Below, one piece after another: positions 1 through 7,915 of a stretch of 64,000 bases of DNA. Both the position numbers and the translations under genes were made by a program. This DNA comes from an uncultured Gammaproteobacteria bacterium. GTDB taxonomy: Bacteria > Patescibacteriota > Microgenomatia > UBA8517. The notes below the pieces were generated by a model that saw nothing but the letters and a program-made list of their open reading frames with translations, was not told the origin of the DNA and searched no databases. Numbering within the stretch: the first letter of the stretch is position 1; every line of letters begins with the position of its first letter. The DNA lies in NCBI GenBank assembly GCA_964541395.1, contig CAZIPM010000002.1, positions 41,309 through 105,308 on the forward strand, in the 5' to 3' direction.

Positions 1-905
1 AAATAGAAATCCTTACCTGAGGCAATAATAAACAACTTGGTGGATAAAGGTTTTAATTGGCATAACCTCTGAAGGCCAGTAATCATTTTGGTGCTGTGCT
101 CAACCTCAAAGGCGTATTTAGGAACTTCGTCTTTAAACCACAGAATATCTATTTGGGAAACAAGTTTAGCGATATCTGCCCCCATAAATCTAAGTGGTAA
201 TTCTTTCAAGGTAATATAATCATGAAGTTTTTCTCCGAATGCTTCATTAGACTTATTCGGGCTGTAGGTGTCGTATCCGAGCATTCTACCAATCTTAAGA
301 AGAAGCATTTCTGCCTCTGCGTGGGCTGTTATTTCATTCTTTTCTTCAAGGTCACTCTCTACGACAGGTTTATCTTCAGAAACACTGTAATGGCTTAAGA
401 ATGCATCTATGCTTCCAAATTTTGTAAGTATTGCTTCTACCCCCTCGTCATTAAGTGGCATAAAACCCTGAACAATAAAGCTCCTGCTGTATCCAGCCAA
501 ATCTGTAAGTTCGGTTATGGGAATATACACGGGTTGTAACTCTTTAAGAAAGAAGACACAGGTCCAAGGTTCTTCACCCGTCTTAGGTGGCCATAAAGCT
601 AACGCCAAATCTTTGCTTTGTTGTTTGTAAAGAAGTTTCCCCGCATAAAGTAATTTACCTTCTCTTTCGTTTCCTTCCCGCCCTTTATAGAACAAAACAA
701 GGTCATTAATTTCCATTTTGTCCCACGATGGTTTTTTAGTTTCTTTATTTCCCCAAACAAACACCTTGTCATATGCAGCTAATGCTTTTTTACCAGCGTC
801 ATCCAAATGAGGTTCAATAATTGATTTATCTACACCATTTTCTATCGTGCTTAAAAAGTTCTTATATGATGTTTCGTTTGCCCTTGGTGCTAAAAATATT
901 TTCAT
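1..905 (-). CDS. Putative modification-dependent restriction endonuclease: N-terminal EVE/PUA-like domain + C-terminal PD-(D/E)XK nuclease (3' end truncated by window)
   Basis: My translation from ATG at 905 (ATGA overlap with upstream stop) stays open to base 1: MKIFLAPRAN...VFVWGNKETKKPSWDKMEINDLVLFY...HAEAEMLLLKIGRMLGYDTY...IDILWFKDEVPKYAFEVEHST. Not in the ORF track. Confidence 0.7.
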   Translation of the reverse strand, partial: MKIFLAPRANETSYKNFLSTIENGVDKSIIEPHLDDAGKKALAAYDKVFVWGNKETKKPSWDKMEINDLVLFYKGREGNEREGKLLYAGKLLYKQQSKDLALALWPPKTGEEPWTCVFFLKELQPVYIPITELTDLAGYSRSFIVQGFMPLNDEGVEAILTKFGSIDAFLSHYSVSEDKPVVESDLEEKNEITAHAEAEMLLLKIGRMLGYDTYSPNKSNEAFGEKLHDYITLKELPLRFMGADIAKLVSQIDILWFKDEVPKYAFEVEHSTKMITGLQRLCQLKPLSTKLFIIASGKDFY

Positions 906-1885
906 TTTGTTGCCTCCATTAACAATTCATACATTTTGTCTGCAATTTCAATTTCTCCCGACTTCAGGTTTTTATCTCTTGTGTCTAATGTTTTTTCACC
1001 TGCAATTCTGATTTTGCTTCCGTCTTTTGTTTTAGAATTTCTAATTTTATTAATCATTTTTTCCATTCTGTTTTTAAACTCACCTACATCACTTAGAAGT
1101 TTAGGTGAGAAGGCTAAAAATATATTTCCCCAACCTTTGTCTTCATCAATCCCCGCATAACATGAATGAGGAAGGGTTCCAGCAAATATTTCTACCATCA
1201 TTGAAAGTCCTGCACCTTTATAAGATTTATCAAAGGGTAATGTGGCACCCTCCATAGCTTTTTCAGGGTCTGTTGTTGGATTCCCGTCTTTGTCTAATGC
1301 AACACCTTCAGGAATAGTTTTTCCCAACGCCTTGGCATTAAGAAGCTCACCAAATGTAATTGCAGTTGTCCCCATATCAAAAATTACTGGTCTAGGTTTT
1401 GCAGGAATTCCAAAGGCAATTGGATTAGTTCCAAAAAGTGGTTCTATACCACCAAATGGAGGTGTGCTTGTTGGTGACTCAGCCATCACGATGGCTATTA
1501 AATCTTCTTTGGCAATTTTTTCAAGATAATATGATAAACAACCTGATGAGGTATGTGAACCTCTGGTCCCAACAATTCCGAAATCATTTTCTTCTGCAAT
1601 TTTAATTACTTCATCACAAGCTAAGGAACCAACTAACATTCCTGGATTTCCATTTCCTTCAATCATTGAGGATAATTTTGTTATCTTTGTAATTTCAGCT
1701 TTTCCTGTTGGGTTTTGAGAAATGATGCTACCTCCAACAAGTAACCTAACTAAACCATGAGATACCCTACCAGACATTTCTCCAAACATTACTAAATCAG
1801 CCATTCTTGATGAATACTCTTCGTCATATTTTTTACTCATGGCTTTCATTACCAAATCTTTAAGTTCGTCAATTTTTATTTTCAT
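902..1885 (-). CDS. Ldh_2 family oxidoreductase (malate/L-lactate/L-sulfolactate dehydrogenase type)
   Basis: GRVSHGLVRL, GTNPIAFGIP, DMGT, GNPTTDP and YKGAGL motifs. Confidence 0.9.
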   Translation of the reverse strand: MKIKIDELKDLVMKAMSKKYDEEYSSRMADLVMFGEMSGRVSHGLVRLLVGGSIISQNPTGKAEITKITKLSSMIEGNGNPGMLVGSLACDEVIKIAEENDFGIVGTRGSHTSSGCLSYYLEKIAKEDLIAIVMAESPTSTPPFGGIEPLFGTNPIAFGIPAKPRPVIFDMGTTAITFGELLNAKALGKTIPEGVALDKDGNPTTDPEKAMEGATLPFDKSYKGAGLSMMVEIFAGTLPHSCYAGIDEDKGWGNIFLAFSPKLLSDVGEFKNRMEKMINKIRNSKTKDGSKIRIAGEKTLDTRDKNLKSGEIEIADKMYELLMEATK

Positions 1886-1894
1886 AGTTCTAAT

Positions 1895-2434
1895 TTAAAG
1901 AAGCTCTAATATCTCAGGCATTTTTTTGGTCCCTTCTTTTGAACCAAAATGGCCACCACCTTTAATTAAAATGTATTTTGCATTTAATCGTTTACTAGTA
2001 TCTTCGGCGGCAATAGCGGTATAGTAAGGGTCATTGTCAGAATGGATTACGGTAATATTTTTGACATGCTCCTTAATTTTTTGATGATTTATCCTTGTTT
2101 TCCAAAACAACTTATGCCCATCACATAAATCGTCATAATCCCAAGCCGAGACTAAAATCATTTGTTTATATTGAAATTTCTCAGCCAACCTCATAGCCAA
2201 TAAATTTCCAAGACTGTGCCCAATAATAATCGTGTCTTTGTCAATTAAATTTAGAGACTCTAAGTATTTGAGTATCTTACTCATATCTGGAACGTCTTTT
2301 CGCATCTCTGGGATATCGGGAAAATATGTGGTATAGCCTTTTTTCTCTAGCTCCTTTTTGAGCCAGGGATACCAATTGTCAGTGACTTTTGAATACCAGC
2401 TTTGGAGAAACAATACTTTTGATTTTTTATTCAT
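1895..2434 (-). CDS. RBBP9/YdeN family alpha/beta serine hydrolase
   Basis: NWYPWL, GHSLG nucleophile, HSDNDPY and GGHF motifs. Confidence 0.9.
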   Translation of the reverse strand: MNKKSKVLFLQSWYSKVTDNWYPWLKKELEKKGYTTYFPDIPEMRKDVPDMSKILKYLESLNLIDKDTIIIGHSLGNLLAMRLAEKFQYKQMILVSAWDYDDLCDGHKLFWKTRINHQKIKEHVKNITVIHSDNDPYYTAIAAEDTSKRLNAKYILIKGGGHFGSKEGTKKMPEILELL

Positions 2435-2516
2435 TTTCTTTATATAAATATCAATTACAACTGTATTTTACCTCATTTCTTGGATAAAAGTTAATTATAG
2501 AAGGCGGGCACAGCGA

Positions 2517-2543
2517 TTGACTTTTACTAAATTGTGCTATAAT
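2517..2543 (+). promoter_or_regulatory. Sigma70-type promoter (extended -10)
   Basis: TGTGcTATAAT at 2533-2543; TTGACT at 2517-2522 (15-nt spacer, short). Confidence 0.6.
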
Positions 2544-2633
2544 AAAGCTGTTAGTGTAGATACTTCAGTATAGATATCCAGATAGATATGATACCTCGTT
2601 GAGACTTGCGTCTCGTTGCGTTATTTAATAATT

Positions 2634-3047
2634 ATGGCTAAATATAATCCAGAAACAGTTAAACAAGTAATTTCTTTCATTGAAGATGGGCTTTCCCAAA
2701 AAGACGCTTGCCGCCTAACTAAGATTGGCGAATCTACTTTTTACGATTGGTTAAAACAAAAACCGGAGTTTTCGGAGTCGGTTGAGCTTGCAATTACTAA
2801 GTATAAGATGAAACTGCTTTCGTATGTTAATTCTCAATCTATTAGCGATGGAAAATTAGCTCTGGAAGTTTTAGCCAGAAGGTGGCCTATTGAATTTGGC
2901 AGAAAGGATATTGCTCCCATTCCTAAAGAAGAGCCTATTGCAAGTATTTTGGATAAAGACACTATTCAGGCATTAGCTGATGTTTATGACGAAATGAAAG
3001 AAATAGCAAAAATGAAGATAAATCAAAACAAATCAGATAAAGTTTAA
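2634..3047 (+). CDS. HTH DNA-binding protein resembling phage terminase small subunit/packaging proteins
   Basis: MAKYNPETVKQVISFIEDGLSQKDACRLTKIGESTFYDWLKQKPEFSE pattern followed by a LARRWP motif; ATG 2634 preferred over TTG 2616. Confidence 0.6.
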   Translation: MAKYNPETVKQVISFIEDGLSQKDACRLTKIGESTFYDWLKQKPEFSESVELAITKYKMKLLSYVNSQSISDGKLALEVLARRWPIEFGRKDIAPIPKEEPIASILDKDTIQALADVYDEMKEIAKMKINQNKSDKV

Positions 3048-3082
3048 CATTTGATTTTGATTGTTTAGTAAAACAATACGAA

Positions 3083-3165
3083 GCCTTCGGGCGGTGGCAG
3101 TAGAATGCCGGATAGATATGAGACCTCAGACTCGCATAGGTGCGAAGAAGGGGTCTCTTTTTTTT
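3083..3165 (+). ncRNA. Candidate small structured RNA ending in an intrinsic terminator
   Basis: GCC-TTCG-GGC and GGCA-gtagaa-TGCC hairpins; GAGACCTC...GGGGTCTC stem (internal TCGCA/TGCGA) followed by a T run. Confidence 0.4.
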
Positions 3166-3169
3166 GAAA

Positions 3170-3225
3170 TCAGGGGGATAGAGAAAACTCTTGGTCGGGT
3201 TATCCCCCTGAACCAAGAGTTTTTT
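3170..3225 (+). promoter_or_regulatory. Interleaved inverted repeats (A-B-A'-B'): RNA switch or pseudoknot 1
   Basis: TCAGGGGGATA 3170-3180 / TATCCCCCTGA 3201-3211; AAAACTCTTGGT 3184-3195 / ACCAAGAGTTTT 3212-3223. Confidence 0.6.
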
Positions 3226-3232
3226 GTTGACT

Positions 3233-3409
3233 ATGAAACTAAGTAATCAGGCAATTACAGATTTTAAGGAGGCTTACCAAAAGTATTTTGGGGTAGTTTT
3301 GTCCGATGAAGAAGTTAATGAAAAAGGCATGAAACTTATGAATTTGATGAAACTTATTTACAAACCTATACCTGAAGAGGAATTTAAAAACTTAAACTAT
3401 GGACATTAA
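3233..3409 (+). CDS. Small helical protein of the kind I recall next to CPR serine recombinases
   Basis: MKLSNQAITDFKEAYQKYFGVVLSDEEVNEKGMKLMNLMKLIYKPI; ATG at 3233. Confidence 0.7.
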   Translation: MKLSNQAITDFKEAYQKYFGVVLSDEEVNEKGMKLMNLMKLIYKPIPEEEFKNLNYGH

Positions 3410-3689
3410 CGACTTTGAAATCATTATCAAAAAGTACCACCAGAAGAAGAACTGCGTCATTATTAATTTATTGATATTAAGAATCATAGAAATAAGAGGT
3501 TTTACTGTCAGGTATACGCCGACTAAACATTCTTCTGGAAATTCTGTTTGGATAGCTAATCCCCCAGGTCTCAGGGGGCGTGGTGGACATTGGTTTTGGA
3601 TTGCCAGGATTTTGGACTCAGCCTTGTGGCAGAAACTAGAAGAAAGAATGATAAAGAAAGCAAGGGACTATGCAAATTCACTATCGTAA
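3399..3689 (+). CDS. Hypothetical protein, possibly SpoVG-like nucleic-acid-binding fold
   Basis: IEIRGFTVR...VWIANPP beta-rich pattern plus C-terminal helix; overlaps previous stop. Confidence 0.5.
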   Translation: MDINDFEIIIKKYHQKKNCVIINLLILRIIEIRGFTVRYTPTKHSSGNSVWIANPPGLRGRGGHWFWIARILDSALWQKLEERMIKKARDYANSLS

Positions 3690-3779
3690 CAATATAGTAA
3701 CAGTCTAGTAAGGTAACAATGAAGTTGTGGTAACAATACCGTGTAGTAATAATACAGTATGGTAATAATACCGTAATAA
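3686..3779 (+). repeat. Iteron-like imperfect tandem repeats, core GTAAYAAT(AC)
   Basis: Core at 3686, 3713, 3730, 3746 and 3762, partial at 3697 and 3773; 16-17 bp period in the middle. Confidence 0.55.
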
Positions 3780-3820
3780 GGCAGTATTGAAGTTATTATG
3801 AGAAAGGATGATAATTAAGT

Positions 3821-3903
3821 TGTACTCACATTTAGCTTTCGGGCTTTTTAATGCCCTCATTGGACATATCCCGAAAGGATGTGAGTACACCAGTGAGGGC
3901 ATT
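3821..3903 (+). promoter_or_regulatory. Interleaved inverted repeats (A-B-A'-B'): RNA switch or pseudoknot 2, upstream of the recombinase
   Basis: TGTACTCACAT..CTTTCGGG 3821-3843 / CCCGAAAG.ATGTGAGTACA 3870-3889; AATGCCCTCATTGG 3850-3863 / CCAGTGAGGGCATT 3890-3903. Confidence 0.6.
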
Positions 3904-3909
3904 TAAGTT

Positions 3910-5664
3910 ATGTCATATTTTAATAAAGATTTTGCAGACCAATTAAAGGAAAGAAAGTTTTTTGTGTATCTTCGCCGGTCATCGGAAGATAGCGAGGACA
4001 GGCAGATTGCGAGCATTCCTAGACAGCTACACGAGGTTGAGGAAGAGATTATCAACCGGTACGGCCTTAATGTAATAAAACCTTTCTATGAAGAAAGTCG
4101 GAGTGCTTTTAAGGAAGGCAGGCCAGACTTCAACGATATCCTTCAAAAAGCAAAAGCTGGTGAAGGAGATGGGGTTATAACTTGGCATGCAAACCGTTTA
4201 GCCAGGAATTATGGCGATGGTGGTAAATTTGTCCAAACTTTAAGTGATGGGGATATAAAAATTGTGCTTACATGTTCTGGCCATTTTGAAAACACGCCCA
4301 GAGATTTGGAATATCTAATGACCGAATTTACAAGAGCAGCAAGGGATAGCGGTGATAAAAGTGAGGCTGTAAAAAGCGGAAATAGAGAAAAGTTTTTTGA
4401 AGAAAAGTGGTGGCTTGGACCTGCAAAGCCAGGCTACTTAAATGTTACTGACCCAATTACAAAAGAAAAATATATTAAGAAGGATGCGGAAAGATTTCCT
4501 ATTATCAAGAAGGCAATAAAACTAATTCTTGAAGGTTTTCATACCCCCATGCAGGCCTTGTATAAGTTAAATAACAAATTCGGTTATAGAAGCAGAAGAA
4601 CAGTAAGACAGGGTGGAAAGCTAATGGCAAAAAGCGGTTGGTATAGATTGCTTTCCGACCCATATTATTACGGATTAATGGTCAGAAAAGAAGGTGAGGT
4701 AATGGGCAAACACGAACCCATGCTTCTTGAGGAAGAATTTAAGAAATTACAAATAATTTTAGGCAGTAAAGGAAAAAGCCATTACACTAAACATGAATTT
4801 CCATTTAAGCCGGTACTAAAATGTACCTGCGGGGGTGCAGTAACAGCCGAAGAAAAATGGCAGATTATTTGTCTAAATTGCAAAACAAAATTCCACAAGG
4901 CCAAGGGCAGAGACACCTGTCCCGAGTGTAAAATCCTAATAGAAGAAATGAAAAGTCCCAAGATACTTCATTATGTTTATTTACGCTGTGCCAAAAAGGT
5001 AAACCCTGAATGTACCGAAAAGGCAGTTGAAATCAAAGAGTTTGAGAAACAAATAGATGAAGAGCTTTCAAAGTACGAGATTCCAGAACTATTCAAAGAA
5101 TGGGCCATTAAACACCTTAATGAAGTCAATGATGCTGAAACCCAGGACAGAGAAACAATCAGGCTTAACTTAGAGAATGGAAAAACAGATAAAATAAAAG
5201 AACTTGATAATCTTGTAAAACTCAAGATTTCTCCACAAAACTCAGACGGTTCAGTTTTATCAGATTCAGAATACGATACTCAAAGAAAAACAATCTTAGT
5301 TGAACTGGAGAGTTTTGACAGACAATTGAAGGGGGTTGATAAGGAAAGGAATAAATACCATGAGCTTTCTATTAAAACCTTTAATTTTGCCTGTTATGCA
5401 CGCCATTGGTTCGCAAATGGCAGCGTTCAGGACAAGACAGAGATATTAGGCACACTAGGTTCTAACCTAATCCTGAAAGACAAAAAGCTCCTTATTCAAG
5501 GGCAAAACCCGTTCTTCTTAATAGAGAAAGGCAAGAAGGAAGCATTGGAAGTTGCTCAAAAGTTTGAACCTTCAATAAATGCCATAACTTGGGGCAATAT
5601 CTTCGCTCTGGAACCTGTCCGTTCTTCTTGGCTGGGAGACAGGGATTTGAACCCCGATAAATAG
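3910..5664 (+). CDS. Large serine recombinase (integrase): resolvase + recombinase + zinc-ribbon + coiled-coil domains
   Basis: YLRRSSE catalytic Ser, SIPRQ, ESRSA..GRPDF, NRLARN, PGY, PYYYG...GKHEP and Cys motifs. Confidence 0.95.
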   Translation: MSYFNKDFADQLKERKFFVYLRRSSEDSEDRQIASIPRQLHEVEEEIINRYGLNVIKPFYEESRSAFKEGRPDFNDILQKAKAGEGDGVITWHANRLARNYGDGGKFVQTLSDGDIKIVLTCSGHFENTPRDLEYLMTEFTRAARDSGDKSEAVKSGNREKFFEEKWWLGPAKPGYLNVTDPITKEKYIKKDAERFPIIKKAIKLILEGFHTPMQALYKLNNKFGYRSRRTVRQGGKLMAKSGWYRLLSDPYYYGLMVRKEGEVMGKHEPMLLEEEFKKLQIILGSKGKSHYTKHEFPFKPVLKCTCGGAVTAEEKWQIICLNCKTKFHKAKGRDTCPECKILIEEMKSPKILHYVYLRCAKKVNPECTEKAVEIKEFEKQIDEELSKYEIPELFKEWAIKHLNEVNDAETQDRETIRLNLENGKTDKIKELDNLVKLKISPQNSDGSVLSDSEYDTQRKTILVELESFDRQLKGVDKERNKYHELSIKTFNFACYARHWFANGSVQDKTEILGTLGSNLILKDKKLLIQGQNPFFLIEKGKKEALEVAQKFEPSINAITWGNIFALEPVRSSWLGDRDLNPDK

Positions 5665-5702
5665 ATCCAGAATCTATTGTCCTGCCGTTAGACGATCTCC
5701 CA
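5629..5702 (-). tRNA. tRNA-Gln(CTG) with encoded CCA
   Basis: Reverse complement TGGGAGATCGTCTAACGGCAGGACAATAGATTCTGGATCTATTTATCGGGGTTCAAATCCCTGTCTCCCAGCCA folds as a cloverleaf with anticodon CTG. Confidence 0.95.
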
Positions 5703-5811
5703 TTGAAAGTTGAGCTTCAATTATATCAAATTATGTAAGAATTATTACTGCAATAGACCTAACTCTCCTATATATTAATTAATACATTTCTAAAAAAGGA
5801 GGTGATTGTGA

Positions 5812-6012
5812 ATGCAAAATAAACAAGGAGCAGTAGATCATTTAAAAAATCATCAAAAATACCCGGCAACGAGCGATCAACTTTTGGCTGAGTGTGATAA
5901 TTTATCAGATTTTTCTAATGAAGATAAAGGTTGGTTTAAGAGTAAATTACCTATGGGAAAAACATTTAATTCTGCTGAGGAAGTAATGATGGCTTTGGGG
6001 TTAACAGAATAA
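5812..6012 (+). CDS. Small protein, DUF2795/MTH865-like
   Basis: KYPATSDQLL...LP..KTFNSAEEV pattern; strong SD AAAGGAGGTGA. Confidence 0.6.
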   Translation: MQNKQGAVDHLKNHQKYPATSDQLLAECDNLSDFSNEDKGWFKSKLPMGKTFNSAEEVMMALGLTE

Positions 6013-6015
6013 TAA

Positions 6016-6621
6016 ATGTTTAAATTACCCGATCTGAAATATAAATATAATGCTTTAGAGCCCTATATTGATGAGGTTACTATGAAGGTTCATCATGACC
6101 TGCATCATAAGGCTTATATAGATAAGCTAAATGTTGCTTTGGAAAAATATCCTGATTTATCAAAAAAGAGTATTGAAGAATTATTGTCGGATTTAAACTC
6201 CATTCCGGAAGATATAAAAACAGCAGTCAGAAACCATGGTGGAGGACATTACAACCATTCGTTTTTCTGGAAGATCTTATCCCCAAATTCAGGAGGAGAA
6301 CCAACCAGACAATTGGGTGATTCTATAAATAAAAGTTTCGGCAGTTTTAAAGAATTTAAAGAAAAATTTACAACCGCCGGACTTAATAGGTTTGGTAGCG
6401 GTTGGATATGGTTGACAAAAAGTGGTGGTGAATTAGTAATTGAAAGTACTCCAAATCAAGATACCCCTCTATCCGAGAGCAAACATGCAATTCTGGGACT
6501 TGATGTCTGGGAACATGCCTATTATTTAAAATTCCAAAACAGAAGAGCAGATTATATTAACTCATGGTGGAATGTTGTGGACTGGATTGAAATAGAAAAA
6601 AACTTCACCACAATTACTTGA
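6016..6621 (+). CDS. sodA: Fe/Mn superoxide dismutase
   Basis: ALEPYID, HHDLHH, GGGHYNHSFFW, FGSGW and DVWEHAYY motifs. Confidence 0.97.
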   Translation: MFKLPDLKYKYNALEPYIDEVTMKVHHDLHHKAYIDKLNVALEKYPDLSKKSIEELLSDLNSIPEDIKTAVRNHGGGHYNHSFFWKILSPNSGGEPTRQLGDSINKSFGSFKEFKEKFTTAGLNRFGSGWIWLTKSGGELVIESTPNQDTPLSESKHAILGLDVWEHAYYLKFQNRRADYINSWWNVVDWIEIEKNFTTIT

Positions 6622-6660
6622 CTAATATTTAAACAGCATTATAATAACCTTAATTATTGT

Positions 6661-6882
6661 ATGGCTGAGTTTGTAAAAGATGAAGAGGTTGATGAGAAAC
6701 CATCAAATCAATATTTAGACAATTTACGTTATGCAATAAGTGGTCGATGTACCCAGCCTGGTTGTTTGGTTGGCAGTAAAGCCGGCGCGATTTGTCACAA
6801 TTTTAACAATCAGTTGGCTACTGAATGCCTCGAACAAACTCAAATTAGGATGTTTAGACCAGGGTCGCTTATTTCGAAATAA
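6661..6882 (+). CDS. Hypothetical small Cys-containing protein
   Basis: ORF with its own promoter TTGACT..TATAAT (6619-6645). Confidence 0.55.
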   Translation: MAEFVKDEEVDEKPSNQYLDNLRYAISGRCTQPGCLVGSKAGAICHNFNNQLATECLEQTQIRMFRPGSLISK

Positions 6883-6889
6883 TTAATTT

Positions 6890-7852
6890 TTATTTAATAA
6901 AAATTATTGCATTCGGAAGGGCTCTACCGGGTCCCACTTTATAACCTCCTGACCATAATGCAGTCGAACCCCCGTTATCTAGGTTTAAAGCATTGTCCAT
7001 ACCCATTGATTTCATTACTCTTGCAGATTCCGCAACTGTTGCTGAATGAACCACTCCTATATACACTGTGTTGCCTTTATTGGCTACAAAACTTCTAGAA
7101 CCTTTACTTCCTTTTTTTGGATCATCATCCCCTCCGAAAGCAATACTTCCACCGCTTACCAAAAGCGGGTAATTCATCAGAACCCCATTAACCCCGGTAT
7201 CCCTACCCCACTGACTTCCTGCTGAAACAAATCTGATATATCCGCTGCCAAAAACCACCAAAGGGTTGGTACTGTATACATTATTTCCTGAATTAAAATA
7301 ATATTTGTCTTTGTTCATAACCAAAAGATCAAATGTATTTTCTTTGCCGCTACATGTTGCATAATCCTTGGGGCAGAAGTATGTTCCGTTTATCCCCGCA
7401 AATCCCCCGTTTCTGGCTACATAATCAGAAAGTGAAAGCACGGGGCAATTACTGCCGCAGTCAGAAGCAGAAGCGGTATCAACAATTACTCTGGTAGAAC
7501 CTATGTCCGCAGCAACCATACTGACTGTAAACACTCCCGCATCACTTTGAACACTTTGTCTGGAATATCCCGCTCCGGGAGGTGCATTATTTATTACAGG
7601 TACTGCAGTAGGTGCACTAGTGGGCTTTACCGTTGCAGCAACGGTCGGTTTTATTGTTGGGCTCGGTGAAGGAGAGGGACTTGGTGAGGGGGAAGGAGAG
7701 GGAGTTTCTGTTTCTTCTGTCTGCTTACTTGAATTTTCTTTATTGCCTTCATTGTTATATTTTATAATATTTGGAAAAAACTTAATGACCAATATTATAA
7801 GTGCAGCGATTATAATTAGAGGGAGTAAATGAACAATACCTTTTTGCTGCAT
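6890..7852 (-). CDS. Membrane-anchored phosphodiester glycosidase (NAGPA-like) family protein with Pro/Ser/Thr linker
   Basis: AGINGTYF, ALNLDNGGS and GRALPNAI motifs; N-terminal TM helix; PS repeat. Confidence 0.85.
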   Translation of the reverse strand: MQQKGIVHLLPLIIIAALIILVIKFFPNIIKYNNEGNKENSSKQTEETETPSPSPSPSPSPSPSPTIKPTVAATVKPTSAPTAVPVINNAPPGAGYSRQSVQSDAGVFTVSMVAADIGSTRVIVDTASASDCGSNCPVLSLSDYVARNGGFAGINGTYFCPKDYATCSGKENTFDLLVMNKDKYYFNSGNNVYSTNPLVVFGSGYIRFVSAGSQWGRDTGVNGVLMNYPLLVSGGSIAFGGDDDPKKGSKGSRSFVANKGNTVYIGVVHSATVAESARVMKSMGMDNALNLDNGGSTALWSGGYKVGPGRALPNAIIFIK

Positions 7853-7915
7853 AATTCATTTTGCCGATAAATAGACCATCTGTCAAAGAAATAATAATTC
7901 ACAACTAAGGAATTT

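Larger units (their letters stand above)
1..5664. mobile_element. Right part of an integrative element/genomic island inserted at the tRNA-Gln 3' end (left boundary not visible, probably outside the window)
   Basis: A large serine recombinase abuts and overlaps the tRNA 3' end; phage-like HTH, small ORFs and a putative restriction nuclease lie upstream; housekeeping genes resume after the tRNA. Confidence 0.75.

Noticed and set aside
3061-3246. 61-aa ORF (and antisense 2962-3216, 3705-3902)
   Set aside because: They overlap hairpins, a terminator and repeats and show no recognisable motifs, so they are more likely non-coding.
3686-3779. Possible CRISPR array
   Set aside because: The repeat core is only 8-11 bp with a 16-17 bp period, there are no spacer-sized unique segments, and no cas genes are in the window.
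7655-7712. Low-complexity GC-rich repeat
   Set aside because: It encodes the (PS)n linker of the NAGPA-like protein.
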